Part shown: piece by piece, positions 13,054-26,155 of the stretch | Layout: each line of letters begins with the position of its first letter | How positions within the stretch are numbered: position 1 is the stretch's first letter | Assembly (NCBI RefSeq): GCF_006345805.1 | Contig: NC_043021.1 | Span: 16,430,001 to 16,494,000 of the forward strand | DNA: 64,000 bases | DNA from: Octopus sinensis | Lineage: Eukaryota | Direction of reading: 5' to 3' | The notes under the pieces: generated by a model | What the model saw: the letters and a program-made list of their open reading frames with translations, nothing else | The model's database searches: none | What the model was told of the DNA's origin: nothing | Translations under genes and position numbers: made by a program

Positions 13054-13080
13054 ATGGAACCTCCTCAAGTTTCTCTTAAG
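13054..13080 (+). CDS. AGTRAP: AGTRAP/ATRAP homolog, coding exon 1 (MEPPQVSLK)
   Basis: Kozak-like accATGG, 27 nt, donor AAG|gtaaga (phase 0). Matches human AGTRAP N-terminus MELPAVNLK (recalled) and joins in frame to exon 2. Confidence 0.85.
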
Positions 13081-13622
13081 GTAAGAAATTATCTACAATA
13101 CAACCGGAAGCATATACCCTATCCATGTACATATATATACACACCTTCTTCTCTGCTTGTATGTATGTAAAATATTTGTATATATACGTAAGTATGCAGA
13201 ACTTTAGTAGTGCGGTTATCGGGTTAACGCGCCCCTCACAATCAATGGATGGACGGGTTTTGCAGTTTCCCTATCATAAATGATATATTTGTATTATATA
13301 TATATATATATGTATGTATGTATGTATGTATAAATATATATGTATCTATACACCTGGTGTGTGTGTATTCTTTTATCTTCGCCCATTTAGTAATGTTATT
13401 AGTCTTAGATGTGCGCCTATTGACAAAAAGAGGGCTAGCCCCCTATGTAAGCTCCGGACCGGCTAAAAAGAGCAGTCAAATCACACTCTAGAAGTCTTAT
13501 ATCTATATATATTTCGTTTTTGGATTTGGTTTGCAAGATTCTTTATATGAGTTCATGTGTTGAATGAAGTATATTCTGTTGTGTCTGGGGAGAGTCATTT
13601 TCTTTTTGTGCCTTATACTATA

Positions 13623-13678
<56 letters not shown>

Positions 13679-15694
13679 AGAGAGAGAGAGAGGGGGGGAA
13701 AGGGAGAGAGGTACGTGTATATATATATTTGTATGAAGCTACATGCATAGACATGCATGCACACGCAATAATAATGAATACATATCATATATATATATAT
13801 ACATATATATATATACATACATACACACACACATACACAAACACGTATATACACATGCATAACGTATACAGCATATATACGCATTTTGTTTACACGCATA
13901 ACCTATTTATTTTTTATTGTTAAAATGCATAGCTATAACGATCGAAATATTATTAATAAGCGCCCCACCACCACCATCATACATACACACGTACTTACAC
14001 ACACACACACTCACTTAATATCACACTCTTCAGTATTGTGTGTGTGTATATATTATTCATACGTTCAAAGTGGTCCGAAAATGAACAACCAGGGATTTCT
14101 TGTCAGGCGCTCTGCCGATTTTGAACCCAACAAAAAAAAAAAGAAAGAAAAGGGACCAGTTACGTGGTCTATTTGACATACCAGATATAGCAGTCAAATC
14201 GTCCAGACCACACATTTAGCGGCAGTGGTTAAGAATACGCACACCACCCGTTTCAGGCGTAACCCTAACCCTAAACACCGGGTGTGCGTATTCTTTACCT
14301 TCGCCCATTTAGTAATGTTATTAGTCTTAAATGTGCACCTATTGACAAAAAGAGGGCTAGACCCCTATGTAAGCTCTGGACCGGCTAAAAAGAGCAGTCA
14401 AATCACACTCTAGAAGTCTCTCTCTATATATATACGTGTGTGTGTATACATGCATATATGGGTACAGGACATCAAAAAAACGTTAAAGAGATGTGGAGTT
14501 AGGGAAGTTTGGGATGGCCGTCCTTCGAAGTCCCACCATACCTTATAGAAAAAAAGAAGAGGGTTCGGAGGCGGGCAAAAAAAATTTGAAAATTTATAGA
14601 AATTTGTTTTCGTAAGAGTAATTAAAAAAAAAATCCTACCCTTACATTTTTCCTTCCCTCGTGTGGTATGACAGACATTCCGAGGGTCTGCTAAAAAGGG
14701 GGAAGGAACATGCTGGGGTCAAGGGAAAAGTTGATATGAGAAGAAATGACAGCTTATAAGATGGATTATTTATGATAACAAGTCTGCTGTTCAGAAACTG
14801 ATCTGAGGTTTATCATTTAACAACAAAAACAGTAAAAAGAAGAGAAAGTCAAGATGGTCATGGCGGGAGCGCCTTTGATCATTGATCTCGCTCAGGGCTG
14901 CGTGACCCAAGTAGAGAAAGGGCGATTAAAAAAAAAATTAATGCTTGACATCTGGCTATTCAAGGTTGTATATTACGTAGTCATATACAAATGCACATAC
15001 ACATACTAGTGTGTATTTCCACTAACTTGGGGACCTCTACACGACCACTGGACTGGCTAGAAATAGCAGCCAAACTTTCCTCGGTCGGGTTCGCAGTGGT
15101 TACCTGGATTTTCACCACCAAACACCCTTTTTATTTAAATTAATTTCCCCAAGACTTTTTAAAAGCTTTGTTTGCTTGAATTTTTGAACTCAGCTCCTGG
15201 CCCCAAAATTTGCGAACCTCTTGTCCTACGTGGATACCCGACATGTTAGAAATAGCAGCCACATCATCCTTCCGCCCACTCACATGTACTATCTCAGAGA
15301 AAACCGTGCGTACGATTGTATATTCATGATGTAACATTGATAAGATATGATGGTCTTAACTGGAACGCTTATCGTCATAGTTCTTTCTATTCGGTGTGGG
15401 CTAACCTGGCTTTACAAAGAAACATTGTCACCATCATCACACTTATACACCCATAACTTGAGAAGAATTTGACGAGGTTAGAACAAATGGATTGATTCAA
15501 TAGGCAGATGATGATGATGGTGTGAAATGAAAGAGAAAGAACTGATGGAAGGACGAAAAATCTGGATTTGACATTTGATGGCGAAAGAGGAAGAAAGAGA
15601 GGAAGAAAACATAACCGTCCCGTTATGAACGAAGATATTTTTTTTAATGCAGCTTCTCTGCATCGAAATAAAATAGGAATAGATGTGTTTAGGT

Positions 15695-15915
15695 TAGTGG
15701 TTTTCAACCGGGGTCCATATAAGATTTTGTCGTTGAAATTTGTGTGCAATAAATGGGTTATATTTCTATAATACATAAAATATTTTTTGAAATTTTCTCA
15801 TTCATACGATTCCTAATAATAATTAATTGGAAAAATATAATAGAATTTTTTTAGACATCGAACGGCTAAGGGAATCAACAAGGACCATGGGTAGAAAAAC
15901 GGTTGAGAAACCCTG
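15695..15915. mobile_element. hAT-type MITE
   Basis: TIRs tagtggttttcaacc and ggttgagaaaccctg; 8-bp TSD gtttaggt / gtttagat. Confidence 0.75.
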
Positions 15916-16264
15916 GTTTAGATAGATAGGAAAGTATTGCAATTTTTTGCTCTCTAATGGACAAAATTAAATGGTGGTGATAGAAGTGCCCCACGGTCCT
16001 AGTTGTATGTAAGAAAAAAATATATAATAATGTCCGAACACAACACGGTCCATGGATTTGGGGCGAAAGGCTTACTGTTTGTTGATTGCATGGACATCCG
16101 TACTTGATCGGTTCTTTTTCTTTTTTCCGGCCTGGTAGGAATGATAAGCAAAATCAACCCGTTTGAGATTCGAACGCAGGATACTTTGCCATTTCTCCCA
16201 ATGTTTCACACACAAACACACACACACGTGTGTTTCTTTGCGAAATAAATAAATAAATAAATAA

Positions 16265-16316
<52 letters not shown>

Positions 16317-16959
16317 TATTCAAGGTTGTATATTACGTAGTCATATACAAATACACATACTAGTGTGTATTTCATATACACCCACCAACTAGGGGACCTC
16401 TACACGACCACTGGACTGTCTAGAAATAGCAGCCAAACTTTCCTCGGTATTTATACACACACACACACACACATTACTGCTCTAACGTTTAGTCTGCTTC
16501 TTTTTCGGATATCTGATCCACTGACGTTATATATATATATATACACACACTTTCGTGTATACATATATATGTGTGCGCTTGTATATACGTATATAGAACT
16601 TATGTTTTGGTCACTATTAGCCTAAGCTATGTCTAAACTTAATAGCAGCACCACCACGGGGTATATATATGTGTGTATATATATATATGTATGTATATAC
16701 AACGTTCGTTAGATTTTTGTGCTTAGAACAAGTCCGATGTTATCAGAATTGATTTCGTCATCATATATTTATATATTTATATTTAAACTGCGGAAATTGA
16801 AATGATGTCTACACGAAGACAGATGAGATAATCCATACCCAGACAAAATAAATCTGAACAAAGTTATATCACAACGAATTAATCCCACCTTTTGTACCCC
16901 GTCATCAACGTCCAACAACATTTATTTTCACAAGATGACAAGAGCATCGCTACCTGGTC

Positions 16960-17105
16960 ACGCGATGTGCTAGAAACAGCAGCTAAATCTCAACCGATCC
17001 CAAACGACGCCGTCTATGAACAGAGGGATAAGTTAGATAACGTCAGCCTATCTATCTACCCTTAAAAAGAAGCGGAGATGGTCACGCCTGGAATGCCTCT
17101 GATTA
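16960..17105 (+). mobile_element. Short interspersed repeat family E (ctagaaatagcagccaaatct...gatggtcatggctggaatgcc)
   Basis: Related copies at ~15050, 16400, 20380-20590, 25000-25240, 30425-30605, 38275-38470, 44225-44405 and 49745-49885. Confidence 0.6.
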
Positions 17106-17196
17106 GTATATCAGTGTGTGCGCATGTCTTTAGTTTTCGTTGTGTATGTTGACAAAATTTCAGTCGCTCTTCCTCGTCCTGTACGTATAAATCACG

Positions 17197-17230
<34 letters not shown>

Positions 17231-17779
17231 ATCTTGATGTATCGCTTCGTCCTAAGGCCAGAATACATAGAGGGGTGTTTATAGATGTGTGTATAGTGTG
17301 TGCGCGCGTGCACGTATATTTACGTAGTATTTGTGTATTTCACGTTTTGTCTGGTGTCTCTGTCCGTTTTCACTTTTAAACTGTTTAAATAAATAAATAT
17401 TAGATTTTTTTTCTCTCCCATTCACATTACCGTTATATATACATGTTTGTTTGTGTGTGTGTGTGTGTGGTCATTATAATTATTTTAGCAGCTATTGCAC
17501 CATTGGCCATTATGTGGTGATATGATGTTTACGTATGTACGTATGATTGTGGACATTTTCAATTTGTATGTTATGTGTGTATATTTTAATGTAATTTGAG
17601 TGTCTCATGTATATTTATATATATATGTGTGTGTGTGTGTATTTTAATGTAATTTGGGTGTGTCATGTATATATATATATATATATATATAGTGTGTGTG
17701 TGTGTATATATATATATGTGTGTGTATATATATATATATATATATGTGTCATGTTGATTCGTTAGCTACTGCACGCATT

Positions 17780-17960
17780 TTTTTTCTCTCCTTCTTTCTG
17801 TGTTTTTCTCTCTCTGTGTATCTTTCTGTTGAAGAGCGTAGGCTCGAAACGTTAAAGACTTGTTTATTTATATTTCCTGAGCGCCATACTAATACAATTG
17901 TTCGTTTGTTTTCCACCTGCCTTCGTCTTTTGTTTATTTTCATAAAGCTTCCCGTTATAT
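17780..17960 (+). mobile_element. About 180-bp Penelope-like/retrozyme-like repeat containing a minimal hammerhead-like motif (17821-17858)
   Basis: TCTTT-CTGTTGA-A-GAGC-GTAG-GCTC-GAAA-CGTT-AAAGA, followed by (TA)n. Other copies at 21692, 24313, 46203(-) and 54066(-). Confidence 0.6.
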
Positions 17961-18562
17961 ATATGTGTGTATATATATTATATAGTGTGTATATATATAT
18001 ATGTGTATTATATATATATGTGTATATATTATCTGTTATATTATGTGTGTTAATATATGTGTGTATGTATATATATATATGTGTGTGTATATATATATGT
18101 GTGTGTATATATATATATATGTGTATATCTATATGTGATATATAGGGTGTATATATATGTGTTGTGTATATATATATTGTGTGTGTAATATATATGTGTG
18201 TGTATATATATATGGTGTTATATATATTATATGTGTGTGTTATATATATATGTGTGTATATATATATATGTGTGTGTTATAATATATATGTGTGTGTATA
18301 TATATATGTGTGTTGTATATATATATATGTGTGGTATTATATGTGTGTATATATATATATATGTGTTGTATATATATGTGTGGGTATATATATATATATG
18401 TGTGTCTATATATATATGTGTGTATATATATATGTATATATATATGTGTGTGTATATATATATGTGTGTATATATATATATATGTGTGTATATATATATA
18501 TATGTGTGTGTATATATATGTGTGTGTATATATATGTGTGTGTATATATATATATGTGTGTG

Positions 18563-18635
<73 letters not shown>

Positions 18636-18640
18636 GTGTA
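17955..18640. repeat. Compound (TA)n/(TG)n microsatellite
   Basis: Direct inspection. Confidence 0.95.
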
Positions 18641-19248
18641 AACTTGAATAGGAAACTCGAATACTACAGTTTAGAGTTAGTTTCGCATTTATTTTGCGTA
18701 GAATTTGTAGTTTCACGCATACACACACACACAGAGTGAAGCTGGATAGAGTTGGTAGACAGACACAAACAGAAAATAGATACACATATACATACATACA
18801 TAAACACACACTCGCATACACACGTTCGCGCTATCGAGTGTACATATGTACTCACATACACACACAACTTGAAGGCAATTATGGACACACACACATACAA
18901 AATGAAGGCAGACGCCAATACGCCAAACACATCCAAAGTCCAAGAGGAGACATGTAAACACACACTCACACTCTCCCGCCCTTTATCCCTCTCTCACTGA
19001 AATTAACAAAACACATGTTCACTCCCTCCCTCCCTCTCTCTCTCACTCCCGCTCTACTAGGAATGTTTGCGGATGTTTTTTTTTTTCTTTAATTAAATAT
19101 AGACAATGAAATCGTGTGTGTATGTCGCTCGCACGCGCATTATTATTATTATTATTATTATTATTGGCAGAAGTTTCAGTCTAACTCACGGGCCGGAAGT
19201 TTCGTTCATTGACATTTATCAAACTGGCTTCAAATCACACGCACACAC

Positions 19249-19316
<68 letters not shown>

Positions 19317-19454
19317 TGGGATTTGGTTTGCAAGATTCTTTATATGAGTTCGTGTGTTGAAACATATTCTGTTGTGCCTGGGGAGAGTTATTTTCTTTTT
19401 TGTGTCTTATAAAATGACTCTCCCCAGACATAACAGAATATATATATATATATA

Positions 19455-19705
19455 TTGATAAAACGGTAAGATAACAAAAGAAAGAAAGAGACCTCAATAT
19501 TATGTAAATAGAGGAAATTTATCTATACAATAATATGTTACATTACTCGATAGTCAAGATAAAACTCTGAGTTTCAGATGCCGAAGTGGAAATCCACAAC
19601 ACCATCTCTTCGGTTATCTGGTGTTGTGGATTTCCACTTCGGCATCTGAACTCAGAGTTTTATCTTGACTATCGAGTATAATGTAACATATTATTGTATA
19701 GATAT
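19455..19705 (-). mobile_element. Penelope-like short element with an inverted truncated copy (palindrome ~19520-19705); hammerhead-like motif at 19558-19618 (-)
   Basis: About 85-bp inverted arms; same family as 61888-62441. Confidence 0.6.
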
Positions 19706-19749
19706 ATATGTATATATATATGTATGTATGTATGTAATATGTATGTATG

Positions 19750-19814
<65 letters not shown>

Positions 19815-20280
19815 GTAATATGTATGTATGTATATATATATAGATATATATATATATGTGTGTGTGTATGTATATATATATATATGTATGTATGTATGTA
19901 ATATGTATGTATGTGTGTATGTATATATATATATATATATGTATGTATGTAATATGTATGTATGTGTGTATGTATATATATATATATGTATGTATGTATG
20001 TAATATGTATGTATATATATATATATATGTGTGTGTGTATGTATATATATATATATGTATGTATGTATATATATGTATGTATGTAATATGTATGTATGTA
20101 TGTAATATGTATGTATATATATATATATGTATGTATGTAATATGTATGTATGTATATATATGTATATATATATATATATGTGTGTGTGTATGTATATGTA
20201 TGTATGTAATATGTATGTATGTATATATATGTATATATATATATATATATGTGTGTGTGTATGTATATATATATATATAA
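19700..20280. repeat. Compound (TA)/(TATG) microsatellite
   Basis: Direct inspection. Confidence 0.95.
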
Positions 20281-20923
20281 TCATACACTATAAGTCTTTC
20301 TAGTCCTCAGTGCCAAATCTTGGTCCCGTTATACTCCTAAATTGATAAAGACTTAAAGACCGGACCAGTCGACTCGAGCTGACCGATAAACCCCTACGCT
20401 TTTGCTCGACTTGCTAGAAATAACAGCCAAGTCTCCTCCTCCATCAGCACCCCTACCGTCTTTTCAACAAGAAGCGACACTTGAGATGACGTATTTTTAA
20501 TTAGCGTCTGAAAAATAAGATTGGACGGTCACCGTTGGAATATATTTGATCACAGATCTCCTCGTTAATTGCCATCCTGAGGCTTACTAACGTGACAGCT
20601 GTTTGGTGGTCCTCCCGCCACTTCAGTGGACACTAATCAGAGGCGTTCCAGCCGTGACTTTTCCAATCCACTCTCTTAACGATATAGTGTATCCAAGACT
20701 ACACATTGTTGTGTGTCTTTCCTTTCGTTTCAACGAACCTTTAGAGAGTTGGTCCGAGTAGACGCGCGTGTGTACGTTTTTGTGTCACACCCACTGACCT
20801 TTTACTAAAGAATCTATAATTTTTCCGAAGAAATATTAGGAGGCAATGAACGATGGAACAGTTCTAATTTTTAAGCCTTCCTCATGGCTAAAAACACATT
20901 TCCAGTTTTGCACTTGACAAAAC

Positions 20924-20965
<42 letters not shown>

Positions 20966-21148
20966 TATGATTATGTGTCTGATTCTATCTAGCCAATTGG
21001 TGGCGTCCTACACGTTGGTGTGCCTCGATTTTTAACGAATCTTTTAAACTGTGTGTGTATATTATTGTCTGAGGAGAGTCATTCTGTTTTAATGCCTTAT
21101 TAACACACACACCGGTTAGATTTCCACTCATTTATTCATTCCGGAATA

Positions 21149-21196
<48 letters not shown>

Positions 21197-21198
<2 letters not shown>

Positions 21199-21596
21199 TC
21201 TTTACTCTTGTTTCAGTCATTTGACTGCGGCCATGCTGGAGCACCACCTTTTAGTCGAGCAAATCGACCCCGGGATTTTTTGTAAGTCCAGTACTTATTC
21301 TATCGGTCTCTTTTGCCGAACCGCTAAGTGACGGGGATGTAAACACACCAGCATCGGTTGTCAAGCAATGCTAGGGGGACAAACACAGACACACAACACA
21401 CACATACATATTATATATATATATACATATATACGACGGGCTTTTTTCAGTTTCCGTCTACCAAATCCACTCACAAGGCATTGGTCGGCCCGGGGCTATA
21501 GCAGAAGACACTTGCCCAAGATGCCACGCAGTGGGACTGAACCCGGAACCATGTGGTTGGTTAGCAAGCTACTTACCACACAGCCACTCCTGCGCC
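21197..21596 (-). mobile_element. SINE family A, full length
   Basis: Head to tail intact, CpGs preserved. Confidence 0.9.
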
Positions 21597-21605
21597 TATA
21601 TATAT

Positions 21606-21649
<44 letters not shown>

Positions 21650-21656
<7 letters not shown>

Positions 21657-21785
21657 CTCTCCTTGTTTCTCTCCGTGTTTCTTTTTGTGTATCTTTCTGT
21701 TGAAGAGCGTAGGCTCGAAACGTAAAAGACTTGTTTTGTTTGTATTCCACCTGCCTTCGTCTTTTCATAAAGCTTCCCCTTATAT
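21650..21785 (+). mobile_element. Hammerhead-motif repeat, copy 2 (motif 21692-21729)
   Basis: Same family as 17780-17960; GTA triplet. Confidence 0.6.
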
Positions 21786-22010
21786 ATATGTATGTATGTA
21801 TCAAATGAAAAACAGGACACAAAGGATGTTGCGGTACATATGTTTCGGGCTTTATAGAACAACTTATTCTTACATCAATGCATAATCGACATAACAGATA
21901 GTTCAAAAGTAATCTTCAGCCGCGTGCAATTGCTACACCAAAGACTTGTATCACATTATAAAAGGTTTGAGAAAAAACCCTGAGAAAAAACCTATGTGTG
22001 TGTATGTATG

Positions 22011-22046
<36 letters not shown>

Positions 22047-22329
22047 TACACTGCGTGACATCGTGAGCAGGGGTCACTGGGTTGGTATTTATCTTGTGAG
22101 TGTAGCTTTAATTCAAAAGGTTACAGTTTTGTATCGGCTTATTCTACCCGAGAATTACGTCAAGGGTACACTTGTATGTGCAATACCCAGACACCTACAG
22201 GCTGATTCAATGAGCTGGTAATTCGGTTGGTTGAACGACCGAATCCTTGTTGAAGTCGGAGATACATCTGTCTATTCATCCATCTATCAATCAGTCAGTC
22301 ATCTGTCCATCCATCCATCCGTTTGTCTA

Positions 22330-22386
<57 letters not shown>

Positions 22387-22909
22387 ATATATATATATAT
22401 ATTATATATATATATAAATTAAATGGAGACAAGAAGTGTTACATCCTGTTTGTTTTCTTACCGTTTTACCCCGCTGCTTGGAATTTTATTTTAATTCTCT
22501 CGCAGGAAGGCCTAGTTAACGAGTGTCCTGTCTTGCCTTCGAAACACGCCTGATGAAACAGCGACAGCTGATGACGGTGGATTTTTCCTTGTGTAGCATG
22601 TCCTGTACTTGTTTTTCTTGTTGTAAAAAATTTGGATTTTTCCTTGTGTAGCCTGTCCTGTACTTGTAAAATTTTTGTTTTTCCCGTTTCTACGTCTTGT
22701 TGTGGCGTCCTGTACTTATATTTATTTATATATGCATGTATATATACATGTAGATGTAGGTACGTACATATATGTTTGTATGTATGCATATATTTTTATT
22801 TATCATATATATATATGTGTGTGTATTTCTATCCTTCTGTCTGTCTCCCATCTATCTGTTTGTGTGTCTATCCGCCTCTCTACGATCCTTATATCTATTT
22901 CTCTATCCG

Positions 22910-23012
<103 letters not shown>

Positions 23013-23719
23013 CATTTCTCTTTCCATTTATTAATCCATTTGTCTGCCTGTCTATCCATCTACCTGATAGATGGCTCTGTCTGCCTGTCTATCCATCTAC
23101 CTGATGGATGGCTCTGTGTCTATCTATCTATCTATCCACCTATCCATCCATCCACCTGATAAATGGCTCTGTCTGTCTGTCTATCCATGTGTATGTATGT
23201 GTGTGTATCTTTCCATTTATCAATTCATTTGTCTGCCTTCATCTCTGTCCATCTTTCCGATAGATGACACTTTCTGTCTCTATCTATCAACAACTTTTTT
23301 TTTTGTATACACACTCACAAATTCAATAGAGATTGTTTATGAGAACAATATACTTTGTAAAATAAACTAATAATCTTGATGTCTGACAAAATGCCACTTG
23401 TATAAGGACATTCTCGTTTTTTTCTTTTCTTTTCTTTTCCTATTGACAAACACCAGAAAACACACACAGAATCGGATGTTGTATGGCCTGAAAGAGAATA
23501 ACAGTAAAATTTATTTTCTGTGTAACGTCTTGTGTAATTACAGCAATAAGGTGGTGTGTGTGTGTTGTGTATGGATGGCAGTGTTAGCTCTTGTCTTTTA
23601 TTTTCTGTTTTCGTCCATATAATATCTTTCTGAGTGCATGTATATATTATCGTGTGTGTGTATATATATATATGTCTCTTTAAAATGTGATGCACTTTGA
23701 TTTATATCTACATCCAAGT

Positions 23720-24265
23720 TATGGAAAGACTTCTGAAGCCCCCCCCCCTATTTTCTTCCAAATTTGTTTATTTTTGTAAATTTTTTCAAAAAAATCCATG
23801 TTTTCGGATACGGAGGTTCGAAAAATTGCAAAAAAAAATCGGCATTGTGAACTCCCACCCCCTTACCCCCTCCCAACTTCTTCAATTTTGACTTTTTCCC
23901 CCCAACACTAACCCTAAAAACCCTAACCTTAAAACCGTAAACTGTTAGTAAGGAAATGTTTTTGAAATTTTTATTCGAATCATGATGTCCGTATTTTTCC
24001 GCTTATTTAGAAAAAAAAAAAAGAAATATAAAATACAATTGGGGAAAAAAGTTAAAAATGAAGGAAATGGGGGTGGTAATTTAGAAATGTCCATGTTTGC
24101 CAATTTTTTTTGCAGGTTCGTATTCCCCGTAGCCGAAAGGGTGAGGTCTATGTCAGAAATTTTTTTTTTAAGGGTGGTTTAAAAAGGGGTGGGGACGGGC
24201 GAAAGTCTTGCCCAAGTTGTCCTAGACTTTTGTAGACACACTCACTAACCGCTTCCTATTATATA
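23720..24265 (+). mobile_element. Probable non-autonomous DNA/Helentron-associated-type element
   Basis: Internal taaccctaa repeats and a 3' end gacacactcactaaccgcttcctattatatat resembling HINE-type ends; 5' boundary uncertain. Confidence 0.3.
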
Positions 24266-24269
24266 TTCC

Positions 24270-24417
24270 TTTTTTTTCTCTCCTTCTTTCTGTGTTTTTC
24301 TCTCTCTGTGTATCTTTCTGTTGAAGAGCGTAGGCTCGAAACGTTAAAGACTTGTTTTATTTATATTTCCTGAGCTCACCTGCCTTCGTCTTTTGTTTAT
24401 TTTCATAAAGCTTCCCG

Positions 24418-24420
<3 letters not shown>
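24270..24420 (+). mobile_element. Hammerhead-motif repeat, copy 3 (motif 24313-24350)
   Basis: Same family as 17780-17960. Confidence 0.6.
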
Positions 24421-24455
<35 letters not shown>

Positions 24456-25503
24456 TATATATATTTATAAATAAGGATAAAATCGATGTTTAAATATCGA
24501 TATTATCAAGTGGCCAGCATGGGAATAAATACCATGCAAAGGTAATAATTTTTATACAACTATAAATAAGGGTGTCCGAGAGACACCACCATGCCGAAAT
24601 AGCAGTCAAATCCTTGACTCCAAAAACCACCTTGAATCTTATCTCATGGTGCGATATGAACATTTAAGGTGGTTCTTGGAGTCAGGGATTTGACTGCTAT
24701 TTCGTCGTGGTGGTGTCTCTCGGACACCCTTATTTATAGTTGTGTGTATATATATATATACACACACACACATTTGTTAATAACTGTATATAGGTCTATA
24801 TGTGTGTGTGTAATATATTTATGTATTAACGGCTGTGTATGTATTCGTTGCTGTTCCTGAGCAAGCAGACTTACGATGAAAGACGCCCAGTCCAGTCGTG
24901 ACCACCCCCGCTTTTTTTTTCTCATACATAGTGTGTATCTGGGATGCCATTATCTCATACGTCTTTCCTTTCGCTTTTTTTTTTTATGGCTGTAAGCGAT
25001 GAGTTGACTGCTATTTCTAGCAAATCAGACATTTCATTGGGCTTCGATATGCTTGTACGTTGTTGTTTATCACTGGAGCAGACCATTAGTCAAACCATGA
25101 CCATCCCGTCTTTTTAGGAAAATTCGAGAATAACATTCTCCAATGTATCCTTGCGTTTTTTGGGGTTTTTTTTTTTTTTTGAGACGGTAAGGTGAACTTT
25201 GATGGATATTTGACTGCTCTTTTTAGCATACCGAGCTACCTTATCGGCTTCGATATACTTGTATATTTAGAAAGTATATCAATCATACAGTCAGGTTAAT
25301 CAATCGACTGGTCATTTGCCGAATCAATATTCTGTGGTCTTTCTTCAAATCCGGAACCCATTTTGACGAGCATATATATCTTTTCGATTTTTGATTTGCG
25401 TATAAAACCTTGTGAATGGTCCATTATTGGCGTTTGTCCTTTTTGTTGACTCTGGAAATCGTTTTAACGTCTATTTTGGATGACAGACTGTTTTTAACGC
25501 CTG

Positions 25504-25571
<68 letters not shown>

Positions 25572-25630
25572 CTCTGTGTGTGCATCGTTAGTAAATCATA
25601 AAGCCGAAAAAGTTATAGAGCAGTAGAATA

Positions 25631-25762
25631 TATAAGGATAGATACGGTCGGCTTCTGGGGTTACCTTAGACCTTAGGGTCTGAAGAAACGCTGTGAAACC
25701 AAGCGCCCTTATGGACGTGAAACCTAGGGTGGCCCCATAGACCGGCCCATGTCTATCTTATA
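25631..25762 (+). mobile_element. Short element with hammerhead-like motif (25676-25735) and an inverted truncated copy of its 3' part
   Basis: GGGT-CTGAAGA-A-ACG...CGT-GAAAC-CTAGG-GTG-GCCC. 25631-25669 is an imperfect inverted copy of 25724-25762. Same family as 43541-43761. Confidence 0.5.
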
Positions 25763-25771
25763 TAGGAAAAA

Positions 25772-26155
25772 ATGAGGCGCAATGGCCCAGTGGTTAGGGC
25801 AGCGGATTCGCGGTCGTAGGATCGCGGTTTCGATTCCCAGACCGGGCGTTGTGAGTGTTTATTGAGCGAAAACACCTAAAGCTCCACAAGGCTCCGGCAG
25901 GGATGGTGGTGGTGATCCCTGCTGTACTCTTTCACCACAACTTTCTCTCACTCTTACTTCCTGTTTCTGTTGTACCTGTATTTGAAAGGGCCGGCCTTGT
26001 CACTCTCTGTGTCACGCTGAATATCCCCGAGAACTGCGTCAAGGGTGCACGTGTCTGTGGAGTGCTCAGCCACTTACACGTTAATTTCACGAGCAGGCTG
26101 TTCCGTTGATCGGATCAACCGGAACCCTCGTCGTCGTAACCGACGGAGTGCTTCC
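25772..26155 (+). mobile_element. tRNA-derived SINE family C, full length with 12-bp TSD
   Basis: A box TGGCCCAGTGG, B box GGTTTCGATTCCC; TSD atataggaaaaa at 25760-25771 and 26156-26167. Confidence 0.9.

Noticed and set aside
22535-22580. GAAAC and two CTGATGA motifs close together
   Set aside because: Order and spacing do not allow hammerhead helices to be built.
25772-25845. tRNA-like sequence with A and B boxes
   Set aside because: Head of a SINE with body, tail and TSD; no complete cloverleaf. The same applies to other SINE heads.
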